64,000 nt of DNA from Trichoplax adhaerens (GCF_000150275.1 NW_002060947.1:1171199-1235198); one strand, 5' to 3'. Shown: positions 23,861 to 36,423, counted from the stretch's first letter. Made by a program: numbers and translations. The notes: generated from the sequence alone by a model not told the origin.

Positions 23861-26118
23861 TTTCGAGTTGGGCACGTATAATATGTATTAATAGTGTGGC
23901 TGATAGTTGCTGAAATGATAATTATAATAATTATCAAGACTAGTCCTTATTATCTTTGCGTGAAGCTTTCTTTATTAGTTGCAACTGAGCAGCTCTGTTG
24001 TGTGTAATATTGGATTATTTATTACCTAAATTACAAAAACTTGTAAGAAGCTATAGATTAGCTCTCAATTTTTAATGGATTTATTTAACAGCTTAAAGCT
24101 TTTTTGCTGATTTTGCAGAAACAACTAAAATGATAACAGTTCCTACTGCAAGTATTCATTACATCAGGTTAAATTTATTGCTGACTTTGCAGGCATGATA
24201 AAAATAGCTACTGTACTTGGTTGCGGTAGCAACGTAAATATGGGTGTGAAAACTAGCTAACTATGTAAATAGATATTTGGTAATTATTTCTGGCTTGAAT
24301 ACTATCAGATTCTGTAAATAAATAGCTAAATAAGCCCATAAGCAGAAATTCATTCAGTGTTAATTCGTTACAAGTACATTATGGAACGATGAGTTGTCAG
24401 AGTTTAACTTAAAATATTTTAAGATCGTAAAATTCCATTCTCAGTTGTTATACATAATTTAAAGGTGCAGCATTTAGTTTTAATAAGTCATAATTAATTA
24501 CTGCAAGTTAAGAATATCCATTTTTTAGAAAAGTTGTATTCTTAGCTCAATTAAGTGCGGTACTTGTTGAATAATTTATAGTAGATATAGTTCATCATAA
24601 GCATGGTAGTTTACAGTTTTAGTCATAATTATAATTATCAAGATATATTACGGTAGTTATATTGATAGGATGCTCAAATTTTATATTAGTATTGCCACTG
24701 TATCATTTTAGATACAGAAGTTTGCAATACTCGTAAATACTTTTGGATACGACCAATTTCTTTTTAGATTTTATACGATATTGTAATGTGATACGATAAT
24801 TCTAAAGTGCTAATTAATATTAAATACAAACAAAAGAGTTGGCTATCTATTAATTAAATTTTATTCAGCTTTTGTCCGAATAAGGCAATTTTAATCATGT
24901 AGATAACATACCTATTATATTACGAACTATGTACATATTTATTGATAATGGAAATAGTGATATAAATCTATTAACAGGATTCATAATAACGTGCCGTACT
25001 TAAAAATGTGCATTTTTCAAATACAAATATAGTTTTAACACTAAACTGTCCTATTAACAACGCTATCGATAGAAAATTCACACTGTTAAAATTTCATTAT
25101 AGTAGAATTTAATAATTTATTGGTAAACATGAAAGCTAAATAATGCCATAGATCAATAAATTATGAGCATTTTTCAAGTGCATTCAATCCAATGACATGC
25201 ACCAAAAAATTCAAAGAAAAAGGCAAAAGGCCAATATTTTGGCTTTGGTTTTTGCGGTAACTGCTAGCCTAATATGCTAGATGAGTACTTTATAAAATAA
25301 TAAGGGCAATATACTAGTTGCAGATAGCAGTTACATAATTTCAAACATTCATCTAGCTGTATAATTTTTAGTGATTAGTTACAGCGTAAAAATAAAATAT
25401 GCATATAAGATGATATACCGTGAATAAATTATTCACGTAATATATACGCGTATATATCTTATTATAGGTGCCGTGCTGTTAATAAGATTGACCAATAGTA
25501 TTATAACACCATTATAAAAGAGTGCTTCAGTTTTAAACATTGCTTATCGCAGCACTGCATGTAATCCAATAGTTTTCCGTTTAGATATAGAATGATAAAA
25601 CTAATAGAAATTCTAGTGCTTTTCGCAAGCTGATATTATAACATCAAGAAGGCTATACTCAAGACTAAAGTACGGCTAGGCTTACGTTATAGTTATACAG
25701 CAAATTATCATATTACAATATGAACCAGATTAGTGAAATATTCTACGAGTTCATATAAACGCGTCGTTAAGTACATTATTTTTTTATATCTGCAAACATT
25801 ACTTACAATATACCCATATATATGTACTCGTATATAATCCTATATTACATAAAAAATTTTTATCCAAGTGCATATGTGCTTTGGTTACTAGTAGTGATCT
25901 TCGATCAGATTGCGACGCTTAATTAGCGCAAGATGATGTAGGATTACATAAATTCTAGCATGGTAGTAGATAAAATGTAGTTAACTAGAATCTACTGATA
26001 ATATGATATTTATTGCAATAACCACTAATTAATTAATTACTAATTTATTTTTATAACAAAGATTTAACATATCTTTACTCCTCGTTTCCATCCATCGATC
26101 TAAAATCATTTTTAAAAA

Positions 26119-27603
26119 TTATCGCCTTCTACTTACTCCAACAACTACTCCATTAATAGGAGAGATTGTATTTCCACTACGCAAAGTTAGAGGTATTTCT
26201 GTTTCCGGTACTGCTCTCATTTCAAACTTTTGCATAATTTTAACTAGAGCAAGTTTTGCTTCTAATAAGGCCAATCGCATTCCAACACAGTTACGAGGGC
26301 CATTGCCGAACGGCAGGAAACTACAAGGTGCATGCTTTGCCTTTTCTTTCGGCGAAAATCTTTCCGGTATGAATTCTTCCGGGTTAGACCATATCTTAGG
26401 ATTATGATGTATAGCATAAACAGGGATACCAATCATAAGATCTTTGGTAAAATGTACACCATTAATTGTAGTATCCTTTTTTATGTCTCGATTGAGAAAA
26501 AATGCAGTAGGGTAAAGTCTTAACGTTTCGGATATTATCATGTCCATATAAGGAAGATCATGGAGGGTATCATACTCAATCGAATCCAAATCTGGGCATT
26601 TTGCGTCAATCTCATCTCTTAATTTTTTCTGTATCTCAGGATGAGTAGCGAGAAGATAGCAAGTAAATCCTAGCGTATTTGCAGTGGTATCATAACCTGC
26701 AACAAGAAATGTAATAGCTTGAGCAAGGATTTCGGCATCGTTTAATTTATCATCATCACCGGCTTCAATCATCTGCTGTAAGATATCTTTACGACAAGGA
26801 ATGCCTGCTTTAATATTTTCTCGGCGTTCTTGGATAACATTTTCAACGGTTTTAAGTAAATAGCGTACTGATTCAATAATTTTGCCACCTAATAATGGCT
26901 CAATTAGACCAACTAGGGGCATAAGATAGATAAAAAGAAACTGTACTACACCAGTAATATCACGAAAGAACATGCTAGCAGCTTCTGTCATTTTTTTTTC
27001 TTGTTCTTTTGAATCCATTTCTAAGCCGAACACCGTAGCGAGTGTTACTTTCATTGTAAACACACCACATGTACGCCATATATCAATTGGTCGGCCTTCC
27101 TGATCAGCTTTAGACAGAGTTACAGTTAAATCATTTCCGGCATCATTTAGAATTGGCATAAGCGATTTTAACTTGGAAGCACTAAAAGTTGGAATTAGGA
27201 TATTTCTAACGCGCTTCCAGTCTTGATTTTTGAGTTGAATGATCGCTTTGTCGAACGGAGGCCTTGGTTCGTTGAGATCATAACGATTTGGAAAGGTTGA
27301 GAAGTCACTAACAGTAATGACTTTCAATATTTCGGGATCTCCAACCCATATAGTTGGTATATGATAAAAGAGTGTTCCGCATATACTACCGTACTTTTCT
27401 TGTCTCTTAAGCTGTGCAAGATGCTGATTACCCGAGCCATAATCGAAATTGTTACCTATTATTGGTTTCGGAGGAGCAACTGGTATGCCCAATCTTTTGA
27501 TACGCCAATAAGGTAATAAGTAATTTTTATAGATGAATCTCAAAGATAAAATTAGAATAATCGAGCAAAATAGCTGGCAGAAGGATTGTAGATACCCAGA
27601 CAT
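26119..27603 (-). CDS. Cytochrome P450, clan 3 (CYP3-like), intronless
   Basis: 494 aa ORF with WKRVR, AGYDTT, ETLR, PERF, PFGNGPRNCVG. Confidence 0.96.
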   Translation of the reverse strand: MSGYLQSFCQLFCSIILILSLRFIYKNYLLPYWRIKRLGIPVAPPKPIIGNNFDYGSGNQHLAQLKRQEKYGSICGTLFYHIPTIWVGDPEILKVITVSDFSTFPNRYDLNEPRPPFDKAIIQLKNQDWKRVRNILIPTFSASKLKSLMPILNDAGNDLTVTLSKADQEGRPIDIWRTCGVFTMKVTLATVFGLEMDSKEQEKKMTEAASMFFRDITGVVQFLFIYLMPLVGLIEPLLGGKIIESVRYLLKTVENVIQERRENIKAGIPCRKDILQQMIEAGDDDKLNDAEILAQAITFLVAGYDTTANTLGFTCYLLATHPEIQKKLRDEIDAKCPDLDSIEYDTLHDLPYMDMIISETLRLYPTAFFLNRDIKKDTTINGVHFTKDLMIGIPVYAIHHNPKIWSNPEEFIPERFSPKEKAKHAPCSFLPFGNGPRNCVGMRLALLEAKLALVKIMQKFEMRAVPETEIPLTLRSGNTISPINGVVVGVSRRR

Positions 27604-28189
27604 AATTGTGCGTAATTTAGTCAGATAAAATTAGTAAAAATGCGTCATAAAATATAGATTGTAAACGACTCCTTGTTGCAAGAACAGCTGTTATAGCACC
27701 AACGTTAGTCAATTTTTTTCTAGTTATATCCGATAGTGCATCCACCGCTTAATTATTTGACGCTATTCTGACGGTTTTCCAGTAAGAAGCAGCTTACTCT
27801 AGTAGATAAAGTAAATTATTTGTCTGCTTTCATCGCTACAAGACTATTTCCTAGCAATTTGCTCTGTTAATAATATTAAACTATAAGCTCGATTAACAGA
27901 CCTGCTGATAGTAACGTGATTGATAGTAAGACCTGATACTATATACAGTACTATACGATACAATACGGCTTGTACATATTAGACTGTATAATAACGGATG
28001 CTCTACCATAGACTTTTCAATTTTTTCTCAAATACATTTACATTAGTACTAATTCCGTCGACTGTTTTTATGTATTGGTGTGTAATCAAAGTATGACGTC
28101 ATTTATATTGGAAATAATTGCTTAGATGATAGTATAATTTTATAGTGCATTCTGTCTATCTACTCGTATAGTGCTATATCTATCTGTTA

Positions 28190-28192
<3 letters not shown>

Positions 28193-28220
<28 letters not shown>
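28193..28220. repeat. (TA)14 microsatellite
   Basis: Directly visible. Confidence 0.95.
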
Positions 28221-28840
28221 ACATATATACGTATACTATACTAATCTATATCGATCTATATTGTCTTCAGACCTTGCTGAATACGATATGACTGCTTACG
28301 GAAATTGGATAAACGGCCAGTAAAACAGAAGGCAGATAGTTAGTAATGGCTAGAACCAAGTGCTTATTATACTGCATAGGCATAATAAATACTTACTTTG
28401 CCTTTTAAATCAACTATCTGCATAATTTTGCCAATATAGCAAGACAGTGAATAAAGCATCACTATCGTACGTTGTATACTAATCTTATCGTCTATAAAAT
28501 CCTAATAGTGACAGAATTCTTTATTTCCTAACCTGCCTGATAAGATTCAAGTATGGACAAATGAGTACAATGTATTTATCCGTTATTAGCAAACATAGCC
28601 TAGGCTATTTGGAAGTTGGAATGTTCTTAGGTATGCAATCGATTTTTTATACTGCTACACCACAATCTTGGATAGATTGGCAAGCATCCGAATACTGTAG
28701 TTCTTTTTAATGAAGCAATGACTACAATCTTATGACAGTTATCGCACAGTATCCTTGTTCATTAATGATATGAAAATCAGGATAAAGAACAGGAACTGCA
28801 TTATGAACTGATTGCAATTTATTTTATTTTTATGATAGCT

Positions 28841-29274
28841 TTGTCATTACAATCGCACTGATTGGATATGCAAACCATGCATTTTGAGTCATGATTTAGA
28901 TAGTCCTCGGTAGTTGTAAAACGAACCGAATAATATGCAATAAAAGTGAAGGTACATGATCACAAGGGTTTTACAACACAACGTTGGTATATTGCATTAA
29001 AAGAAGTGGAAAAAAGTGAATATGAGTAAATTATAATTGCAACCTGAGTAAGTCATTGTCATTACAATCGCACTGATTGCATATGCAAACCATGCATTTT
29101 GAGTCATGATTTAGATAGTCCTCGGTAGTTGTAAGACGAACCGAATGATATGCAATAAAGTGAAGGTACATGATCACAAGGGTTTTACAACACAACGTTG
29201 GTATATTGCATTAAAAGAAGTGGAAAAAAGTGAATATGAGTAAATTATATTATAATTGCAACCTGAGGAAGTCA
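28841..29274 (+). repeat. Near-perfect direct tandem duplication, unit about 215 bp (28841-29055 and 29056-29274)
   Basis: Both copies start TTGTCATTACAATCGCACTGATTG and end GCAACCTGAG(T/G)AAGTCA; only a few substitutions and small indels. Confidence 0.95.
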
Positions 29275-29387
29275 AGGGGTGTTTTAATTCATGCTACCTA
29301 CAGTATGCAAAGGATACAGTCCATTATAGTACGTACTGTAGACTCTAGCAATGTACTGTAGTGGGTGAAACCTTGGGCGTTTTCGGA

Positions 29388-29405
29388 GCGCATGCGTTCG
29401 ATTGG
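29388..29405 (+). promoter_or_regulatory. Probable promoter elements of the acyl-CoA ligase: NRF1-like GCGCATGCGT plus reverse CCAAT box (ATTGG)
   Basis: Locally GC-richer patch about 280 bp upstream of the ATG. A strong acceptor (TTTTTTCAG, ending 29629) suggests a 5'UTR intron. Confidence 0.4.
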
Positions 29406-29676
29406 TGCAGAAGTAGAGTGGAACTGTATAGGCCTGAATCCCTGACTCAGGCATGGTATAGAGGAAAGTAGAGTGTTGGAGCTGGTGGGAAGGTAGGCGC
29501 AAGGTCAGTCAGAGTACTGTAGTCGATTCGGCTGGCATGCAGTAAAGTAAACAATCATCTCATCGCTCAGCGCTGTTTGGGAAACCTTGTGCTATTGCTG
29601 CTTCCTTTCCTGTTTTGCCCTTTTTTCAGTCTTAATACGATAAGTTGAAGAGTGGATAAGATCACTTATAGTAAAG

Positions 29677-32600
29677 ATGGAGATTACATCAAGGTATAAG
29701 ATGGACGTTGTGCAGTTTCCCAATGTTGTCGAACTGGCATTTGCTAACATCGAACGGTTTCGGGATAGACGACTCTTTGTAAGAGACGAGAGCAAATTAC
29801 GTTGCAATTTTGAACTTTCATCATAGCGTTTATTGATTTGTGATAGAAATTCATGTAAATTAATGAGTATCCAGATCTTTTGGAACAAACTAAAGAGAAT
29901 GCAATGCTCGTATAGTAGCAATTTCGCTCGTGACACTTAAATATGCTGTATATTATTTAATATATGATAACAACAGTTTGCGGCCCAATCAATACGGTAA
30001 GAGTGTACGTACTAAACAGTATAACACAGTAGTTGGCATTGCAGGAAGAAGTAATTGCTTTTCTGTAGCAGTTTAGGCAAATCATTCTACACGTTATCTT
30101 GAAAATAATGCTAAAAATAGTGCTCAGAAGATAAGAGTAATGATAGTTGTACACTTACTTGTAATAGAGTTGCTTATGCTCCTTTTGGGGGGCATGCATA
30201 ACCTGTGGACGCCAATACTTTACAGTCGACGGTTGATTTGCACGGCAATCAATGGTGATTGAACATTGAAAAGATGTCCATCAATTGGATGCCTTAATAA
30301 ATTAATCATGCTTATTATCGTGCTGCTTATACCCGTATCAGTAATAATGATAATCTGAAAGTATGACATGTAAACTGATTGATACTTGCACTACGTTATG
30401 CCGTCAGTAAGATCACTTGTCTACGTATGTTAATACGTATCTATGCGATGCATGATATTACAGAATTACAGCTGATTAATTTCGATTTCTCTTGAAGTAT
30501 GATTGATGCAAATTTAGACGCTTGAATTCTTGTACATAGGAGTATGCACGCTCTTTCACTACTACTCAAACACTTTTGAGATCTCTCAAATAATTTTGTC
30601 CTATTTTACTAAACGGTTAAATAATCGTATATACTGTAGGTGGATGGAATAACTGGTCGGTATATCACATTTGGACAATTTCGTGATCAAATACGCCGAT
30701 TTGGTTCATATTTAATGCAAAATGGTTTCCGTAAAGGCGATTGCTTAGCAATTTATTCTACAAATGTATTAGAATATGCTGCTGTTTATATAGGAACTTT
30801 GTATGCTGGCGGTGTTGTTACAACCAGCAATCCGTTATATACTGTCCGTGAACTCAAGCATCAGTTCGATATTACCGAAGCAAAATATGTTGTTACTAAT
30901 CCTGAATTTGTTGATAACGTTGAAGAAATTTGTAAGCTTGTGTAAGTCAATTTTAGTGAAAATTATGATAAAATAGTGCAGTCCTGTTAATGGCGCACGT
31001 TTCTATTCATTCAGCTGTTACCTCAAGTTATATTGAATTATAATATCTATTCTACGTTATTTGAATCTCTAAGCAATGGTGCCGTACGTTCCTTTTTAAA
31101 ATCATATTACTGTATTGTATTTCTCATAATAGTAGCAGGCATTCGACTGATCTATTCCTAGGTTTTGATTGATTACTGTTAATGTAATCGTAGTCGATAA
31201 GCAACAAACAAATTATGCTGTTGTTTCATATAATTGAATAAAACAGTCGAATTAATAGTAAGCTGTCCACTCGCTAATATGAAGACATAAATTCTCGTCA
31301 TATAAAATCTAAATCTTGTTACTTAAATGAATTGCATAGCCCTATTAAAGAACGCTTTATTATTGGAGAGCTGGATGGATTTACAAGCATACGCAATATC
31401 TTAGAAGACGATCGATTAACGATTCGATTACCAGCCAGAACAATGGCAGAAGATGTCGCGGCTGTCCCCTTCTCAAGTGGAACTACTGGATTAGCCAAAG
31501 GTGATTGTTGCCGTGCATTACTTAGCGATAATGAACCTATTGAACTTATGAGTTATTAATATTGCAAGACAACATGATAAATAGTTATTCGCCAATATAT
31601 AACTTATCTCCTAGTATCGACTTGTCTTCGTAGGTGTTTGCTTGACACATCGCAATATCGTTACTGCCTGTCAGGCGGCTGTTAGCCCAGAACAATTTCT
31701 TTTGAAAGATCCTGAGATCTTTTTGTGTGTTTTGCCACTTTATCACATCTTTGGAATGATCGTCTGCATGCTAGCGCCTATATACTTTGGCGTAACCGTA
31801 ATTATGTTGCCTCGATTTGATCCACAAGTATTTTTAAAATGTGTGGAAAAATACAAGGTATTGTTTCTGTAATTTTTCTCATTGTAGGTACAACTTTAAA
31901 TTTAAAGTACTGTATAATTTGGCTGTATATCCATAGTAAAATTAAATTACTTTTATCTAATGCGCCGCTCATTGTATGAAATACTGTATATCGCATGATT
32001 TAGTGAATATTTTGGAATAATTAAATAAAATTTAGGTAACATACGCACCGTTAGTGCCTCCCCTTGTCGCATTTTTTGCTAAGCATCCTATGGTTGATAA
32101 GTATGATATCTCATCGATGTGGCGATCATCATGCGGCGCTGCTCCATTAAGCAAAGAACTTCAACAAGCAGCTGAAAAACGTTTAAAAATCAAGATATTG
32201 CAAGGTTTAATTTTAATTGCATTTAGCAAAATGTTTTGATGATATTACTGACCTAGTCTTTAGTAACTGTATATGCAAGAATTCTGCTGCAGTGTACAAT
32301 TTTCTTTATTGATAAATTAGGTTACGGAATGACCGAAACTACAGGTAGTGGTCACCTTAATCCATATAATTCTATCAGACATGGCAGCGTTGGACATTTG
32401 ATTCCTTTCATGAAATGCAAGGTATAGACAATAATTTTTAATCGGTTAATAGAATGATCCAATGATGTTTGCTACTGTTTAGTGGATTGATATAGTTTTA
32501 GTAAGAACAGCAGATTAAGTTTAGTAGCGACCTTATCTTTGAATCGTAAGGACCTTCTATGGCTATTTATTTAACTGCTTTGCAAACTTAGGTCATTGAT

Positions 32601-33240
32601 GTATTGACTGGTGAGACATTAGGACCCTACAAGGAGGGTGAAATTCTGTTGAAAGGTGCAATGATAATGAAAGGTTACTTGAAAAATGAAAAAGCCACCC
32701 AAAATACAATCGATAAAGACGGCTGGTTGCACACTGGTGACATTGGTTATTACGATAGTGATGAATTTTTTTACGTTGTGGATCGAGTTAAAGAGCTCAT
32801 TAAATATAAGGCTTTTCAGGTCGAACTTTTATACCTTGCATTATATGTGTTAAATTTTAAATCTGATTATCATATAGTATTAGTATTATTTATAAGTCAA
32901 TCTTAAAGCTACATTAAATCAGAAATGCTCTAATCTACCATAACAGGTTGCACCAGCGGAATTGGAAGCCTTATTAATGACACACGACAACGTCATGGAT
33001 GCTGCAGTGATTGGTGTTCCAGACGAAGACTGTGGAGAATTGCCAAAAGGAATTGTAGTAGTAAAGCCTGGTGCATCAGCTAAAGATATTTTGGAGTTTG
33101 TCAATAAGAAAGTATCACCACAGAAAAAATTACGTGGTGGTATCGAATTTGTAAAAGAGATTCCTAAATCTGCTAGCGGTAAAATATTACGACGTGTCCT
33201 AAAGGAAAGGGAAGCTAAACGTATCAAAAGTAAATATTAA
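29677..33240 (+). CDS. 4-coumarate-CoA-ligase/firefly-luciferase-like acyl-CoA synthetase (ANL adenylate-forming superfamily), 8 exons, PTS1-like C-terminus
   Basis: Exons 29677-29778, 30640-30941, 31340-31500, 31634-31857, 32036-32204, 32321-32421, 32592-32819 and 32947-33240 join in frame. Motifs [76 protein letters not shown]; ends in -SKY. Confidence 0.92.
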
Positions 33241-33895
33241 TGACTTATCGTTTGGAACCTTGATGCTTATGAGCAGTTTATGATTAAACTATGTGCTCTA
33301 AATCCTTAACTACGGTACTTCAAATACGTATAATGCTCGTATCGTAATTTTTAGCAGTCTACCTTTCTATTATTCTAACCAAGATTCTTTGAGTTAAATT
33401 TGGTAGAGGAAACTTTACTCTGAGCACTTACGTATGTGCTTATGTTAGCAGGCATTGATATGTAGGTACAACTATATTATCATCTATTTTTCGTCACGCT
33501 TTTGATAGAAATGTATGTGTACATTGTCCAGTACATGTATACGTAGTCATAGTCAACATTTTATTGTACAACATGCACAACACGCTTTATACTTGTCCTT
33601 AAATCAATCATTCGTATTACCGTTATGGGAAACATTATATTAGCAAAATAAAACCTTCCTGTCTGCTAGCTTTTCTAAATCTAATCGTTTAGAATGTCTC
33701 ATTAGTCACAGAGATATTTATGTGTGGTCAATCTTGTAACATCTATGCATAGATGACTGAGTACAATGTACATGCTCTCATTGGCAAGTATAGCATAGCT
33801 TATTTGGAATATTCTGGAGGGCAGCATTATCAAACAGACTACTACGTAAGTAGTGCCATAGGTTGATTGATTGACAAACATGCATGCATGCAAAT

Positions 33896-34026
33896 AATTA
33901 TTAGTTTCGGAAGAGCAACTGGTATGCCCAACCTTATAGTACCCGGGTAAGGTAATACGTAATTTTTGTAGATAAAGCTAATAAGTAATATCATAATATT
34001 CTAGTAAAACAACTGACTGAAGAATT
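33896..34026 (-). pseudogene. Truncated 5' fragment of a P450 paralogous to the 26119-27603 gene
   Basis: Translates FSQLFY*NIMILLISFIYKNYVLPYPGTIRLGIPVALPKLII versus FCQLFCSIILILSLRFIYKNYLLPYWRIKRLGIPVAPPKPII in the intact gene. In-frame TAG at 34001-34003; the rest of the gene is absent. Confidence 0.88.
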
Positions 34027-35784
34027 CCGGTGTAATAAATTCAAATCCAAAGAAAACGTCAGTGGATAGTAATAGCTTAATTACATTTTATTGGGTATCT
34101 AATGTTAACGGAGGATAAGAACTAGCTATAGCTATCAACAGAAAGACCTCGCTTTATGTGCAATTGGCAAACACCATCTACCATGTTACAAGTTACCATA
34201 GCTTCCTAATGAATACGGTAGGAGCTCCACTAATACTATAGTGCTTTATATTATCGTCTATTTTCCCAAATACGGCATATATGACAACTGGTTATAATGT
34301 TCATATACTTTTAGTCGACAATACTATTATAATCGTCATAATTAGATATCTCTACTAATATAGGATCTCCTATATTAACATCAATAGCCATTTAAGTTAG
34401 TTAATCTCGCCAACGTTCCATGCGGATTCCAAAAGATTGTTATACGAATAAAAATATCGAAAAGATAGAACTAGTAGAAATTCAACACAGAATACAAACG
34501 ACGCTATGCATCAACAATAGTTGCTATAGCACCGATATACGAATTTTCAAGTTGATCCCGAGTGTTTAAGCTCGTATTCCTTGCATAAGTATCCAATCGT
34601 GCATTGACTGCTTGATTGTTATGGGCTATTTTGAAGCTAGATCCATAAGGAAAAGCTCACTTTGATTGGTAAATTAATTTATGGGTCTACTTTCGTTCCT
34701 ACAATGCTCATATTTTGGAATTAGTATACTCTGTCAATTTTAAACTCTACAACTCAATTGATAGACCTAATGATTGTTGTTATAATAAACTACTATACGT
34801 TCATTACAGCAATCATATCCATGCAATATACCGATATGATATGACTCATTAACTGTACTCATATATAAGCGTAAACCTTAAGATATTACTGTCAGTTCTA
34901 TATACGAATATAGTGTACGAATGTACGCGGAGTGAGGGTCTACTAGCATCTAAAGATATTACTGTAGGCCAATCTAATATCTGTTAACAATAATGCATAC
35001 GAGACGGCTAACGGATTTTGTAAGTAAGATTAATTAATGGAGTCATAATATTGATAGAGCGACGGACATACATGCCGTATTGGATAGAAAATGACGGTGT
35101 GATTGCAATCAGTTTACAGTAGTAGACTGGACCAGAATATACAAAGTCAAAAATGTTAAGCATGATTCTTTATTAACTTCGAGCAGTCTCGTCCAGCCTA
35201 ATGCCTAATGTACTGTGGAAGTTACCGCAAAAGCCGTCCTATTGTTTGTAAATATTACATTCTGCAAGCGCTGTTTCTAGTCTGCATTGCAGCTCAACCA
35301 GCGGTAGCAGAACTAATTGGCTAGTGATAGCGTTGCCTAATAACGAGAACTCTTTCATGACTCTAAGTTATCATGCAAACTACTCTACTGCCATGGACAT
35401 TCGATCAACAGTAAAGAGAAAAATTCTTCTCATAACGCCACTTGCGGGATAGATTACAGAAGCACAGGCAATCCATACTTTCAGCAACTGATTTTGATCA
35501 GCGCCGGCTGTAAACTCTAGAAACCTCCAAACTTTGCGGTAAGAAGTTTCTCTGACCTCGAAGCCCAAAGAGGAAAGAACCTCAGACGGAAGACAACGTG
35601 ACTTGCGGATCGTATAGAGTTTGCGCACTATCACTTGCATTTCCTCAATTGCCGTAGCTTGCAAATTATCCAAGCAACCAGTTCAAACTGCAGCTAGCAT
35701 CTCCTTCTCTTCGCTATTGCTGACAAGTATACTGTTGGAGAACGCATTTAACCATCACTTGGGCTAATTAATCAAATACTCTGT

Positions 35785-36423
35785 TGCTATTTATGTTAAC
35801 GAAATTGGCTAGAACTACAAGTGTTGAAAATTGCTAGTACAACATTGTCGACTTGAAGGCAATACTGTAGGTAAGCTTAGCAAGCCCTAGGCTGACAAGA
35901 TAATGATTGATCGTTCAGTTTTCATCAACGATTATAATGGTAGTGCATAGCATAGAATAAATGATAGTTATTCGTTATGTTATTGATTTTCTTAGGGCTA
36001 TTTGTGATAGCGAAATAGACCGGGATTGCAAGTGTTGAAAATTACCAGTACAACATTGGCGACTTGAAGGCAATACGTAAGCTTTGTAAATCATAGCTCG
36101 ATAAGATGATGACTTGATAATCAAGTTTTCATCGACAGTGATATGGAAATGGGATAGCATAGGATAAATGATGGTTATAGCATCATTCCTCTATTCATTA
36201 ATGCTATTGATTTTCTTGGGGCTATTCATGATAATGAAATAAATCAGAATCAGAAGTATTGAAAATTACTGGCACAACATTGACGATTTGAAGGCAATAT
36301 GTAAGCTTAGCATGTCATGGCTCCATAAGATGATAACTGGATAGTTCAATTTTCACCGATAATCATAGGGTAATGCATAGTATAGGATAATTGATCGTTA
36401 TAGTATTATTCTTGACTATCTAG
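35785..36423 (+). repeat. Three diverged tandem copies (about 210 bp) of an exon+intron module at the 5' end of WBP4
   Basis: Shared core AAGT(G/A)TTGAAAATT...ACAACATTG..GA.TTGAAGGCAATA followed by GTAAGCTT at 35871, 36077 and 36301; unit ends TTCTTAG|GGCT (35995), TTCTTGG|GGCT and TATCTAG|GGCT (36423). Confidence 0.85.

Noticed and set aside
9824-26523. Short antisense ORFs inside the P450 genes (9824, 13304, 16846, 19267, 19979, 22562, 23268, 26332)
   Set aside because: Shadow ORFs that recur at homologous positions because the sense genes are paralogous; no independent coding signal.
29284-30154. Minus-strand ORFs 29284, 29592 and 29957
   Set aside because: They overlap the promoter, exon 1 and intron 1 of the ligase on the opposite strand, have non-ATG starts and no recognisable motif.
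32919-33227. 102-aa minus-strand ORF
   Set aside because: Antisense shadow of the last ligase exon.
29677-33240. Calling the ligase a true luciferase or a lignin-pathway 4CL
   Set aside because: The motifs are shared by the whole ANL subfamily; substrate and light emission cannot be inferred from sequence.
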